The notes under the pieces were generated by a model that made no database searches, had not been told where the DNA came from, and was given only the letters and a program-made list of their open reading frames with translations. From Escherichia coli (GTDB lineage Bacteria > Pseudomonadota > Gammaproteobacteria > Enterobacterales > Enterobacteriaceae), in assembly GCA_902500125.1 (NCBI GenBank), contig GCA_902500125.1_4132.1: DNA of 64,000 nt; one strand, given 5' to 3'. The translations under genes were made by a program, and so were the position numbers. Of this stretch, positions 51,755 to 60,401 are shown in pieces (positions within the stretch are counted from its first letter, which is position 1; every line of letters begins with the position of its first letter).

Positions 51755-51783
51755 TTGACAAAGTATATCAGTACTGCAATAAT
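51755..51783 (+). promoter_or_regulatory. promoter TTGACA-N16-CAATAAT
   Basis: AAAAAGTATTGACAAAGTATATCAGTACTGCAATAATG. Confidence 0.45.
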
Positions 51784-51836
51784 GTATCTCGTAGGGCGGC
51801 AATGGTGCGACGGCCCACAAAGTTAGGAGATTCAAA

Positions 51837-52169
51837 ATGACTACTTCAATCGCTATCGTTAAAGCTTTCATCCGTACTAATGTTTCCTCTGTATTCATCG
51901 ACGGCCTCGACCGTAACGTAGAATACTCAATCATTATCGCACAAACGGCAAACGGTTCTCGGTACATCCTGAATGATAGTGAAGCAAATCACTACTACTT
52001 CACTAAAGCCACTGGCTTTAAACGCATCGATGCTGATGTAGTATACGCTAAGATGAATAAGCTGGTAGACAAGATTAACGCGAAAGGTACTATCGATTTA
52101 CAGTACTGGACCGAAACCGATCCAGAATATGGATCTCACCGCTACCTGAATCCAGGTATTAAAATGTAA
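51837..52169 (+). CDS. hypothetical protein (110 aa)
   Basis: RBS TTAGGAGATTCAAAATG. Confidence 0.6.
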   Translation: MTTSIAIVKAFIRTNVSSVFIDGLDRNVEYSIIIAQTANGSRYILNDSEANHYYFTKATGFKRIDADVVYAKMNKLVDKINAKGTIDLQYWTETDPEYGSHRYLNPGIKM

Positions 52170-52176
52170 AAAGTAC

Positions 52177-52236
52177 TTGCATAGTACTTAGAATCAAGTA
52201 TAATGTTTTACATAGAGAGGGGGAAATGGTTCTCCC
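52177..52236 (+). promoter_or_regulatory. early cassette promoter + hairpin GAGGGGGAAATGGTTCTCCCTC
   Basis: TTGCAT-N16-TATAAT. Confidence 0.6.
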
Positions 52237-52258
52237 TCCTAAATTAAGGAGTTTTATC

Positions 52259-52660
52259 ATGACCTTCTCAATCAATTCCTTCGCTGACGTTTTAGTACTG
52301 GCCCGGACTTTTGGTAAAGCTGGCCTTGAACACGCTGTAAGTAATGGTCATATGCACCCTGAATATTGCCGCATCATTGGAAGCTGTAAACGTTGGGCCG
52401 TGTCCCGTAACATTGAGATTGAAAACTTCAATGACGGTAACAACGAATATACAGTTGATGCAGTATTCGAATCCGTTGATCTCGGCGGTATCTATAACAC
52501 TAACCTGAATGATGTGCGTATCGTTCGCACGGGGTTCGGTGCTTATGATGTATCTATCCGTGAAGCTATGGACAAGGGATACATTAGCAAGGACCAGTTA
52601 GCTTACATCATGCAGCAAACTAAGGAACGTAACGAAGCACGTACTATCTTAGGGCTGTAA
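52259..52660 (+). CDS. hypothetical early protein (133 aa)
   Basis: RBS TTAAGGAGTTTTATCATG. Confidence 0.6.
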   Translation: MTFSINSFADVLVLARTFGKAGLEHAVSNGHMHPEYCRIIGSCKRWAVSRNIEIENFNDGNNEYTVDAVFESVDLGGIYNTNLNDVRIVRTGFGAYDVSIREAMDKGYISKDQLAYIMQQTKERNEARTILGL

Positions 52661-52685
52661 GCAATACACATCACCAAACATCATA

Positions 52686-52708
52686 GGCCGCTCTCTAGCG
52701 GCCTTAAC
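52686..52708 (+). terminator. terminator-like palindrome AGGCCGCTCTCTAGCGGCCT
   Basis: 8-bp stem; weak T-tract. Confidence 0.35.
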
Positions 52709-52728
52709 TATATCAGGAGGGCATACAT

Positions 52729-52938
52729 ATGTTCTATACAGTATACAGCGTTCTAGGCACTATTGCAGGCGTACATGATAACGTCGATAGTGCTATGCGT
52801 ACAGTACTGCAACAGGTTCCACTAAAGCCTAAGACCATTAAGCAGATGACAGCACGACTAACCAGGGCGACGGCTGGCGTGGAAGTATGGCAGGACTATG
52901 GGGATACACAGATAATCGTAAGCGTAACGAAGGATTAA
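52729..52938 (+). CDS. hypothetical protein (69 aa)
   Basis: RBS TCAGGAGGGCATACATATG. Confidence 0.55.
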   Translation: MFYTVYSVLGTIAGVHDNVDSAMRTVLQQVPLKPKTIKQMTARLTRATAGVEVWQDYGDTQIIVSVTKD

Positions 52939-53129
52939 TGCGTAAAAGGATTTAGTACTGAATCATAAAAAAGTCAAGGCATTTTTAAAAATCAGCGTTA
53001 AAAAAATGCATAGGTAATCCCTTGACTTTTATGAATAAAAAGGGATTGGACTATGGCAAAATGCGTAGGGGGCTTAACTGCGGGTAACCTTAGCGACTTC
53101 GATAAAGGGGTATTACTAATAAAATGTTA

Positions 53130-53158
53130 TTGACTTTTTATACGAATCGTATATTATA
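53130..53158 (+). promoter_or_regulatory. promoter TTGACT-N17-TATTAT for array 2
   Basis: TTGACTTTTTATACGAATCGTATATTATAGG about 30 nt before the first array gene. Confidence 0.5.
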
Positions 53159-53187
53159 GGATTGATATTATTTTTAATGGAGTCCCT

Positions 53188-53385
53188 ATGCGTATTTTAA
53201 CTCAAGCAGAACATCACGAAAGACTTATCAATAACATGGCATATATCCTACATATGTCACATATCCGTGGTATTGCATATAAGCGTGAATTGGTTATGGC
53301 ACTATTCATTGGAACTAACTTTCAGGAAAGGTATGTCAAGGATTGGATTTCATATTTAATTGAAGATATAACGGGTAAACTATGA
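53188..53385 (+). CDS. array-2 small paralog (LGTN[YF]QE motif)
   Basis: RBS-like GGAGTCCCTATG; ...FIGTNFQERYVKDWISYLIEDITGKL. Confidence 0.55.
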   Translation: MRILTQAEHHERLINNMAYILHMSHIRGIAYKRELVMALFIGTNFQERYVKDWISYLIEDITGKL

Positions 53386-53589
53386 AAATTATCACACAAT
53401 TTCAACTATATAATCTTATGATCGAATATAGAAAGAATATATATATATACCAGATGAGTTATCTAGGGATGAAAAAAAGTTTATTCTATCGGAGTGGTGG
53501 ATGATGGCTGGACTGGGAACCAACTTCCAAGAAAGTTTTGTTAATGATTGGATTTTACATTTAATAAAAGATATAAAGAGTAAACAATG
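53382..53589 (+). pseudogene. array-2 paralog with frameshift at a (TA)n tract
   Basis: MKIITQF... then AATATATATATATAC run (~53438-53449); the C-terminal family motif WWMMAGLGTNFQESFVNDWILHLIKDIKSKQ is in another frame. Confidence 0.45.
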
Positions 53590-53796
53590 AAAACTATAAC
53601 ACGAACCCAATCATTAGGTCTTATCTTGAAATACATGGACTTAATGTTGGATATCAGCAAAGACCTTCCTAAAACTGAAATCCAAGTTGCAAGAGCAGAG
53701 ATCCGCATGTTGGCTGTACTGAACACAAACCATCAGGAAGATTATGTTGAAGAATGGATTCGATTTTTAATAGAAGATATAAAGAGTAAATTATGA
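53587..53796 (+). CDS. array-2 small paralog
   Basis: ATGA overlap; LNTNHQEDYVEEWIRFLIEDIKSKL. Confidence 0.6.
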   Translation: MKTITRTQSLGLILKYMDLMLDISKDLPKTEIQVARAEIRMLAVLNTNHQEDYVEEWIRFLIEDIKSKL

Positions 53797-54008
53797 TTAT
53801 TATAGAAAACTCATATCAATATACTGAACGCATCGCTGCCAGACAACTTGAAATCCTCATAATATACGAAGAGACTTCTGATTTAAACTTAGCCGAGGTA
53901 TTGGAAAATGATATACTATTGGGTGCATTCTTAGGAACAGACTATCAGAAGTATTATGAGGAAAAGTATTTGTCATCTCTTGAGAAATATATCAGGAGCA
54001 AATTATGA
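53793..54008 (+). CDS. array-2 small paralog
   Basis: ATGA overlap; FLGTDYQKYYEEKY. Confidence 0.6.
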   Translation: MIIIENSYQYTERIAARQLEILIIYEETSDLNLAEVLENDILLGAFLGTDYQKYYEEKYLSSLEKYIRSKL

Positions 54009-54217
54009 TTTTTTTAACACCAGAAGAATATAAGAAACGTTTCAATTCCGCACAGGGTGAAATCTTACTTATATACCTTTCAAATGCAGACCTTAACTTA
54101 TCAAGGGTATTAGAAAAAGATTTACTTATGGGTGCATTCCTTGATACAGACTTTCAGGTGTATTATGTAGGGGAATACTTAATTGCACTTCAGAATTATA
54201 TCAGGAGTAAACTATGA
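54005..54217 (+). CDS. array-2 small paralog
   Basis: ATGA overlap; FLDTDFQVYYVGEY. Confidence 0.6.
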   Translation: MIFLTPEEYKKRFNSAQGEILLIYLSNADLNLSRVLEKDLLMGAFLDTDFQVYYVGEYLIALQNYIRSKL

Positions 54218-54441
54218 AACATTTAAGTAATTCCGAGAAGAATAAAATTATCATTGCTGCAATAAACAAATATTTTACACTTCCTCACAAAGAAGGTTTA
54301 TGTATAAGAGAACACAGGATAAACACCACCGATATACGCATGATGGCTGTACTGGGGACGAACTTCCAGGAAGAGTATGTTATTGCACACATAGTTGCAC
54401 TCAAGAATTACATTATGGACAAATGTAATGAACATCATTAA
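54214..54441 (+). CDS. array-2 small paralog
   Basis: ATGA overlap; VLGTNFQEEYVIAH. Confidence 0.6.
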   Translation: MKHLSNSEKNKIIIAAINKYFTLPHKEGLCIREHRINTTDIRMMAVLGTNFQEEYVIAHIVALKNYIMDKCNEHH

Positions 54442-54652
54442 TAACTTTGAATACGAGGCCCGTGCTAAGAGTGCCAGAAAAAAAGAGAACACCATTTACT
54501 TCACTATGATGTACTTACAATGGACTGAAATTGAAGAAAAGGTTGCTGAAGTATGGATGTTGGAATTCATGGGGACGCAGTATCAGAATAGGTTTGCGGG
54601 TGAGTATATCAATGTTCTTATGAAACAAATAGAAAGAAAGGAAAAGAACTAA
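54428..54652 (+). CDS. array-2 small paralog
   Basis: Internal Met; FMGTQYQNRFAGEY. Confidence 0.5.
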   Translation: MNIINNFEYEARAKSARKKENTIYFTMMYLQWTEIEEKVAEVWMLEFMGTQYQNRFAGEYINVLMKQIERKEKN

Positions 54653-54810
54653 TGGTTTTCATTAACATATCTGACCAACTCGATACTAAACTAGAAGTCG
54701 AGCAGAGTGAGGGATGGATGTTGTACTTTCTTGGAACTTCTCATCAGAATTTTTATATCCATGAACACATAGTTGCACTCACAAATCTAATAAGGGATAA
54801 ATGTAAATGA
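54652..54810 (+). CDS. array-2 short paralog (52 aa)
   Basis: TAATG overlap; FLGTSHQNFYIHEHIVAL; below the track cutoff. Confidence 0.4.
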   Translation: MVFINISDQLDTKLEVEQSEGWMLYFLGTSHQNFYIHEHIVALTNLIRDKCK

Positions 54811-55064
54811 AACACTTGACGAACGATGAATATTCACTTAGAATTCGAAAGCTCACCCCAGAAGCAAGAGTAATCTACGATGACGATGCACTTTCATGGA
54901 ACGAGATGAAAGTTAAAGTTCATGAGCTATGGTTGCTGTACTTTGTGGGAACCCAATATCAAGAGAAATATTGTACCGATTATCTTGAACAACTAATGGA
55001 TCTTATACAGATAAAACTAAATGAACGAATTGTGGAAAAATATGAAAACTTTATCAAGCACTGA
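54807..55064 (+). CDS. array-2 small paralog
   Basis: ATGA overlap; FVGTQYQEKYCTDY. Confidence 0.6.
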   Translation: MKHLTNDEYSLRIRKLTPEARVIYDDDALSWNEMKVKVHELWLLYFVGTQYQEKYCTDYLEQLMDLIQIKLNERIVEKYENFIKH

Positions 55065-55293
55065 GTATCAAACTGCCCTCTTCTCCCTTCTAAACACCCT
55101 CCGCACGAACAATAAACTTTATAATTCCCGTGAAGCTGATATCGTCAACGCTGATGTATATCTTAATAAATTCATAGGGACTAACTATCAAGAACTGTTC
55201 ACTCTACGATATATCGCTGCATTGAGAAACGAAATATCAGATAAAACCCGTCAAGCCAGAAGAGAATGGAATAAACAATGCGACAAAGACTAA
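55042..55293 (+). CDS. array-2 small paralog
   Basis: FIGTNYQELFTLRY; start ambiguous (55021 or 55042). Confidence 0.5.
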   Translation: MKTLSSTEYQTALFSLLNTLRTNNKLYNSREADIVNADVYLNKFIGTNYQELFTLRYIAALRNEISDKTRQARREWNKQCDKD

Positions 55294-55514
55294 ATCACAA
55301 AATGTATTGTAAACTATTGCAGACACTGGCACAGAAACACTATGACACTGTATCTGAAATATTACCCTATGATATCATGCGTTTAATTCATAGTGAGGCA
55401 GAGATGCTTGTACTGATGACAGGCACTGATAAAAAAGCAATTGCCAAATCAATAGATATGTTCATCGAAGCACAATGTCAACACATTAGAACCGAGATAT
55501 GGAGACGAGAATGA
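55278..55514 (+). CDS. array-2 small paralog (divergent)
   Basis: LMTGTDKKAIAKSIDMFIEAQCQHI. Confidence 0.5.
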   Translation: MRQRLNHKMYCKLLQTLAQKHYDTVSEILPYDIMRLIHSEAEMLVLMTGTDKKAIAKSIDMFIEAQCQHIRTEIWRRE

Positions 55515-55726
55515 TAACACTAAATGAGTTTCAGTATCATTGGAGGTTACAAACTATCAAATCAAAAGTGTATAGTATTGTGTTAAACAAATCTATTGCA
55601 CAAGAGGACAAATGTGTTATAATAGCTGAAATGAAGTTGGGTGCTTTCGTAGGGACAAACTATCAAAACATCTACACTGACGTATTGTTAAGTGCCTTAC
55701 GTAACAAGGTGGTATCCAAAATATGA
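55511..55726 (+). CDS. array-2 small paralog
   Basis: ATGA overlap; FVGTNYQNIYTDVL. Confidence 0.6.
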   Translation: MITLNEFQYHWRLQTIKSKVYSIVLNKSIAQEDKCVIIAEMKLGAFVGTNYQNIYTDVLLSALRNKVVSKI

Positions 55727-55941
55727 GAAATTTACAAGGCTTTGAATACATCAGACTCCTGAAAACATGCACCAGCAGAAGGAAAATCTTATCAAGCGAT
55801 AAGAGCATCCAAGCTAACCTTAAGCACGCACTAGTAACTGAACTCTATGTAGGTGCACTCTTAGGCACAAACTATCAACAAATGTATGTGGATCTATGGA
55901 TTGACGCTCTACAGAAAGAGGTTAAAAGTAAATGCAAATGA
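55723..55941 (+). CDS. array-2 small paralog
   Basis: ATGA overlap; LLGTNYQQMYVDLW. Confidence 0.6.
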   Translation: MRNLQGFEYIRLLKTCTSRRKILSSDKSIQANLKHALVTELYVGALLGTNYQQMYVDLWIDALQKEVKSKCK

Positions 55942-56150
55942 TTAATTTAAGTAAAGATGAATATTATGAACGTCTTGCAAAAACTTATCCAGCACGTAAG
56001 GCCGTTTATGATAGTCACATTATTGAACGCTCAAAGAAGTTGATTGTAGTAAATGAGATTAAGATGCTTTCAGTCTTAGGAACAAACTATCAAGAGAATG
56101 CTGTACTGTTGTTAATTGATGCCCTCCAGAGAGAGATACAAAGTAAATGA
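55938..56150 (+). CDS. array-2 small paralog
   Basis: ATGA overlap; VLGTNYQENAVLLL. Confidence 0.6.
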   Translation: MINLSKDEYYERLAKTYPARKAVYDSHIIERSKKLIVVNEIKMLSVLGTNYQENAVLLLIDALQREIQSK

Positions 56151-56395
56151 TTCATTTATCTTACCATGATTATCAAAAACGTTTAAATGCATCAAGGGAT
56201 ATAAGGATTCAAATCTTCAATAACAAAAAATTGAAACCTGACACCAGAAGAATCAAAATGATAGAAGCAGAGTTATGCAACTTCCTGGGGACGAACTATC
56301 AGGCAGGTAAGGTAAAAAACTATCTTAGAGAACTAATGATTTGTATCGAAAATAAATGTGAGGTTGATGAACATGCAAATGATCAATTTAAGTAA
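56147..56395 (+). CDS. array-2 small paralog
   Basis: ATGA overlap; FLGTNYQAGKVKNY. Confidence 0.6.
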   Translation: MIHLSYHDYQKRLNASRDIRIQIFNNKKLKPDTRRIKMIEAELCNFLGTNYQAGKVKNYLRELMICIENKCEVDEHANDQFK

Positions 56396-56636
56396 AGATG
56401 AATATACCGAGCGTATGACAAAAATTACGCACAAACGTAATACAATCTATCACAACCCAGAAATTCAACACAGTAAGAAAATGATTATGATGCGTGAGTT
56501 AAAGATGGGTGTATTCTTGGGAACAAACTATCAAGAGCCAGAAGTAAATCGATTAATTGCTGAGTTACTATTGGAAATCAAAGGTAAGCTGTACTTTCAT
56601 CAAATGACCCAGCCACTGAGGTGTACTGATCGATGA
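56379..56636 (+). CDS. array-2 small paralog
   Basis: MINLSKDEY start by analogy with 55938; FLGTNYQEPEVNRL. Confidence 0.5.
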   Translation: MINLSKDEYTERMTKITHKRNTIYHNPEIQHSKKMIMMRELKMGVFLGTNYQEPEVNRLIAELLLEIKGKLYFHQMTQPLRCTDR

Positions 56637-56884
56637 ATGCGATGAATATTGTGAATAACATCAGATTAGCAGAAAGATTTGATAGAATTGGGGAAGCACT
56701 GAGAAGATACGATAAAGAATATGGTCATTTGAGCTTTTCTATAGAAAAGAGATATGAACTTGAAGCAGAGTTTAAAATGCAGAGTCTCTTAGGCACACAG
56801 TATCAAAACCAATATATTCAAACTTGGATTGATTGTTTAATCCAGACAATTTACGTAAGAAACATTAAATGCAAAATGAAATGA
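56633..56884 (+). CDS. array-2 small paralog
   Basis: ATGA overlap; LLGTQYQNQYIQTW. Confidence 0.55.
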   Translation: MNAMNIVNNIRLAERFDRIGEALRRYDKEYGHLSFSIEKRYELEAEFKMQSLLGTQYQNQYIQTWIDCLIQTIYVRNIKCKMK

Positions 56885-57129
56885 TATACTTAACCTATAA
56901 TGAATACGTCGAGAGATTAGTTCGTGCCAAGAGATATACCAATAAACGTCCAATTGACCTAAACCAAACCCCAGCAGAAAGGAGTGCAGAAGTATTATTC
57001 CAATCACTACCATATCTTCTGGGAACTGATAGACAAGAGGAATATGTTGCACGTATGATTAGATATCTTAAAATCACTATTAAGGAAAAAGTAAATGCAA
57101 ATGCAAATGAAATACTTAACAGACGATGA
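56881..57129 (+). CDS. array-2 small paralog (divergent, LGTDRQEEY)
   Basis: ATGA overlap; paralog of 57107. Confidence 0.5.
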   Translation: MIYLTYNEYVERLVRAKRYTNKRPIDLNQTPAERSAEVLFQSLPYLLGTDRQEEYVARMIRYLKITIKEKVNANANEILNRR

Positions 57130-57352
57130 GTTAAAAGAACGACTAATTAAATCCAGAAAACTTACAAATCAACTTCCAAACGACACAAACAAGTCACATG
57201 CCGAAAGGAGTGCAGAAGTTTTATACATTCAACTCATGTACTTTCTTGGTACTGACAGACAAGAGTATTACATTGAAAGTATGCTTCGATATCTTAAATT
57301 CTCTATAAAGGAAAAGATACATGCTCAAGAATTTAAAAATCCTAACAGTTAA
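57107..57352 (+). CDS. array-2 small paralog (LGTDRQEYY)
   Basis: MKYLTDDEL; near-duplicate of 56881. Confidence 0.5.
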   Translation: MKYLTDDELKERLIKSRKLTNQLPNDTNKSHAERSAEVLYIQLMYFLGTDRQEYYIESMLRYLKFSIKEKIHAQEFKNPNS

Positions 57353-57563
57353 TGAATATCATAAGATTGTAATGAAAACTAATAGTGAAATTTCTAAAAA
57401 ATCAAACCCAAAGTACATACTGGAACACACATTCGAAGAACGTCAATTAGCTCTAGTTGAAGCAAAACTTCTTGCACTCCTAGGGACTAACTATCAAGAA
57501 GAATACATCAGAAAACTAATATACCTTTTAACTAAACATATAAGAAAAAGAAAAAATGCATGA
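57321..57563 (+). CDS. array-2 small paralog
   Basis: LLGTNYQEEYIRKL. Confidence 0.55.
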   Translation: MLKNLKILTVNEYHKIVMKTNSEISKKSNPKYILEHTFEERQLALVEAKLLALLGTNYQEEYIRKLIYLLTKHIRKRKNA

Positions 57564-57790
57564 AACACTTGACAGATGATGAACATGGGCTTATAGTAAT
57601 GGATGTAATCAACATCGAATACAAAAAGTTGATACGCTACCGTTGTTATGAAGATAAGCAACTCGTTCTAGCAGAACAGAAGTTGTTTCGACTCTTAAAC
57701 ACAAACTTCCAAGCACAATACGAAGAATCGTATATGTACCTTTTGGCGAGGAAAGCAAAAAGAGATTATGAAAATTTTAAGCAAAGGTGA
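57560..57790 (+). CDS. array-2 small paralog
   Basis: ATGA overlap; LLNTNFQAQYEESY. Confidence 0.55.
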   Translation: MKHLTDDEHGLIVMDVINIEYKKLIRYRCYEDKQLVLAEQKLFRLLNTNFQAQYEESYMYLLARKAKRDYENFKQR

Positions 57791-57983
57791 TTCAGTAATA
57801 TTACTTATAGAGAGTTCAAGTAAATTCTTAAACATAACACTGTCTGATATAGATGAAGATGACAAAGAAGTACTGAGAGCAGATTTAAGAGTACTGTTAC
57901 ATATCGGAACAAACCTACAAGAAGAATATGTAGAGTGCTACATCAATGAACTTAAAGAATTAGTACTGAGAAAATGCAAATGA
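57768..57983 (+). CDS. array-2 small paralog
   Basis: HIGTNLQEEYVECY. Confidence 0.55.
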   Translation: MKILSKGDSVILLIESSSKFLNITLSDIDEDDKEVLRADLRVLLHIGTNLQEEYVECYINELKELVLRKCK

Positions 57984-58201
57984 AAATCATTACCGATGCA
58001 GAATACCTAACAATCATAAATGGACTGTTTTTGAAGCTCTTCGTCATTAACACATCAGATATACCAGATATGGATAAAATTATTAAGAGAAATGAAGTCT
58101 ATGTTCTAGCTACCCTTGGAACGAACTATCAAGAACACGACATTAAAGATTATATTAATACACTTAAACGAGCGATTGAACTAAAATGCCAAAACCACTA
58201 G
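57980..58201 (+). CDS. array-2 small paralog
   Basis: ATGA overlap; TLGTNYQEHDIKDY. Confidence 0.55.
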   Translation: MKIITDAEYLTIINGLFLKLFVINTSDIPDMDKIIKRNEVYVLATLGTNYQEHDIKDYINTLKRAIELKCQNH

Positions 58202-58401
58202 GAACAGCAGAATACATTGAACTAATGGGATTACACTTCTCATCCTTTCAGAAACTTATGCGAGAATCAAAGAATGATTTAGAATATACCATCAGAGGTT
58301 CCGATTTAAGAATGCTTCTCACCCTAGACACAGATTCCCAAGAGCGATTTGTCAATGAGCATATTAGAGCACTTTTAATGGAAATTCAAAGTAAACTATG
58401 A
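58186..58401 (+). CDS. array-2 small paralog
   Basis: TLDTDSQERFVNEH. Confidence 0.55.
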   Translation: MPKPLGTAEYIELMGLHFSSFQKLMRESKNDLEYTIRGSDLRMLLTLDTDSQERFVNEHIRALLMEIQSKL

Positions 58402-58613
58402 AGGTAATATCAAATCAAGAGTACTTGGCACTATTCAGGAAGAATAATCACAAATATATGGCACTTGATTCAAGAACTGATATAAGTGAACTTGAAAAAA
58501 ATCTTTTGCGTTCAGATATGATAGTACTGACACTCTTAGGAACACAGCATCAAGAGAGAACTGTTAATTCACACATAGGGATTCTAATGCAGATAGTACA
58601 GGAAAAGATATGA
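58398..58613 (+). CDS. array-2 small paralog
   Basis: ATGA overlap; LLGTQHQERTVNSH. Confidence 0.55.
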   Translation: MKVISNQEYLALFRKNNHKYMALDSRTDISELEKNLLRSDMIVLTLLGTQHQERTVNSHIGILMQIVQEKI

Positions 58614-58831
58614 GAATCATAACACAACAAGATATTCTTAAGTTCACAAGGGTTCATGCATCTGAATTTGATGCTATATTATCAAAAAGTTACAACAACC
58701 CTTATACAGAAGATGTACACTACAATGAATTATGGGTGTATATACTTTTAGGTACAGATCATCAAGAGCAAGCAGTACAGAAGTATTTGTTAGCTTTACG
58801 TGATGCTACTGCTAATGGAGTACGTGTTTAA
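58610..58831 (+). CDS. array-2 small paralog
   Basis: ATGA overlap; LLGTDHQEQAVQKY. Confidence 0.55.
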   Translation: MRIITQQDILKFTRVHASEFDAILSKSYNNPYTEDVHYNELWVYILLGTDHQEQAVQKYLLALRDATANGVRV

Positions 58832-58832
58832 T

Positions 58833-59075
58833 ATGAAAGTACTGACAGAACTAGAAATGTATCATAGATTTAATAAGTACTATCATTTACTTAAGCCTAT
58901 ACAGAGGATTAAATGTCCATTTGAAGAGAAACAGGTATTAATTTATGAGCATAAGTTATTTGTATCATTAGGTACAGATCAACAAGAGTACTATTTGACG
59001 TTGTACTTGATTACATTAATAGATTTAATTTACTATAAAACCAAACAAGCTAATAAAGAGAAATATGAAAACTAA
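58833..59075 (+). CDS. array-2 small paralog
   Basis: Internal Met MKVLTELEMY; SLGTDQQEYYLTLY. Confidence 0.5.
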   Translation: MKVLTELEMYHRFNKYYHLLKPIQRIKCPFEEKQVLIYEHKLFVSLGTDQQEYYLTLYLITLIDLIYYKTKQANKEKYEN

Positions 59076-59409
59076 TATACAACTCAAGGTATATAAATCA
59101 TTTGAACATACATATATCAAAAGTAGTCTATGTAGAGATGTAATGGATTACAAGGGTAAGCCATTCACAATTACTTATGATTCTTATGTTGATGATTTAT
59201 ATATATCATTTGTTAATTACGAAAATAAAATATACAAGCACGTTGATATTAAAGATTTAAGTACTTTATCACCAGAGGAATACTTCCAGGAATCATTAGT
59301 ATGGGATTTAGAGTTCCCTATGCCATTAGTACATAAGATGATAGTACTAATGAAAGAATCTAAACAGGAGCCTAATAGTGCTTATGAAGAACACATTATT
59401 GAGTATTAA
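59065..59409 (+). CDS. array-3 paralog (EEYFQxSL family, 114 aa)
   Basis: LSPEEYFQESLVWDLEFPMPLVHKMIVLMKE. Confidence 0.55.
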   Translation: MKTNIQLKVYKSFEHTYIKSSLCRDVMDYKGKPFTITYDSYVDDLYISFVNYENKIYKHVDIKDLSTLSPEEYFQESLVWDLEFPMPLVHKMIVLMKESKQEPNSAYEEHIIEY

Positions 59410-59779
59410 GAGTACTGATAATATTAAGAGTTATACAAGCTCAAGTACTGTGACAATCGAAGTGAATTCTATTAATGCTGGTAATGCAGTAGATAAGTTC
59501 TTTATTGCTCAAGGGTACAGGAAAGATATTCATCAATATTGTTCAGTATATGGGGAGTACAATAGTACTGAAGATATAATTTATTGGTCAACACATCAAG
59601 ATTATCTAACTAAAATTGGAGTCCCAGATGTTAGTACTTTATCTGAAGAAGAATACTTTCAGTACAGCTTAATATGTGATGTACCTATACCTTTAGGGTT
59701 AATCAAGGGTATACAGGAAGAGGTTCATAAGCTTAAATCCATGAGTAAAGGTACTTTCATTAGAACAGTGCAATACTAG
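59378..59779 (+). CDS. array-3 paralog (133 aa)
   Basis: LSEEEYFQYSLICDVPIPLGLIKGIQEEVHKL. Confidence 0.55.
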   Translation: MLMKNTLLSIKSTDNIKSYTSSSTVTIEVNSINAGNAVDKFFIAQGYRKDIHQYCSVYGEYNSTEDIIYWSTHQDYLTKIGVPDVSTLSEEEYFQYSLICDVPIPLGLIKGIQEEVHKLKSMSKGTFIRTVQY

Positions 59780-59838
59780 CTTGACAGTACTTTTCATTAC
59801 TGATATAGTACACTAACGTTAATCATAGGGTAAAAATT

Positions 59839-60084
59839 ATGTTAAATTTTTTAAATTTCCTTATCGTTTTGTGTATTGTTCTTGGGATTGCACCATTTGT
59901 ATTGTATTTCATGGATTCAGATGAAATGCAGAAGATGAATTGTACAAGGACAGGACAGAGTAGAGAAGAGACGATTCTTATGCCTGTTACGGTTATTGTT
60001 AACAACATGCCCATTACAAACATGGTCCCTACCCTAACGACAACGTACCAGTACTCTTGTGCTGACGGAGAGAGGTGGAGATGA
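59839..60084 (+). CDS. small membrane/Cys-containing protein (81 aa)
   Basis: RBS ATAGGGTAAAAATTATG; hydrophobic N-terminus. Confidence 0.5.
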   Translation: MLNFLNFLIVLCIVLGIAPFVLYFMDSDEMQKMNCTRTGQSREETILMPVTVIVNNMPITNMVPTLTTTYQYSCADGERWR

Positions 60085-60401
60085 AATTTAATATAGCAAA
60101 AACATCGAGTATATGTATTTTTGGTTATGCAGAAGAGTTAGGTGATATTGACATTCTTTTGTACAAAAAGGATGGTGTTATGCATTTCAAGTACCAGGAT
60201 GAAGAGGCAGACAATTATCTTTTACCTAATTTAGTACAAATGCAGGAAGAGGAATTATTCCAGTACAGCTTAGTATACGACATTGATATTTGCACGATGC
60301 CAGTACTAATTAGTATTCAAAAAGTGATGCTCGATATGTATGATAAGCTAATACAAGGTACATCAGGGAGAATCATTGAAATCGATATACAAGACAATTA
60401 A
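60075..60401 (+). CDS. array-3 paralog (108 aa)
   Basis: MQEEELFQYSLVYDIDICTMPVLISIQKVMLDMYDKL. Confidence 0.55.
   Translation: MEMKFNIAKTSSICIFGYAEELGDIDILLYKKDGVMHFKYQDEEADNYLLPNLVQMQEEELFQYSLVYDIDICTMPVLISIQKVMLDMYDKLIQGTSGRIIEIDIQDN

Noticed and set aside
34169-52660. ORF-track N-terminal extensions such as MFYIERGK..., MVLPGNEENK..., MGNSSPLYK...
   Set aside because: The extended starts would lie inside the promoter and 5' hairpin. Downstream ATGs with proper RBS spacing were chosen instead. The repeated MFYIE peptide is just translation of TATAATGTTTTACATCGAGAG.
52967-53030. AAGTCAAGG ... CCTTGACTTTT inverted repeat before array 2
   Set aside because: Stem arms separated by ~40 nt, so too weak to call a terminator with confidence. 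Possibly part of a regulatory structure upstream of the array promoter.
53416-53726. Minus-strand ORFs 53416..53610 and 53541..53726
   Set aside because: Antisense to the tightly coupled array-2 genes. They overlap the (TA)n frameshift region that explains the missing plus-strand ORF.
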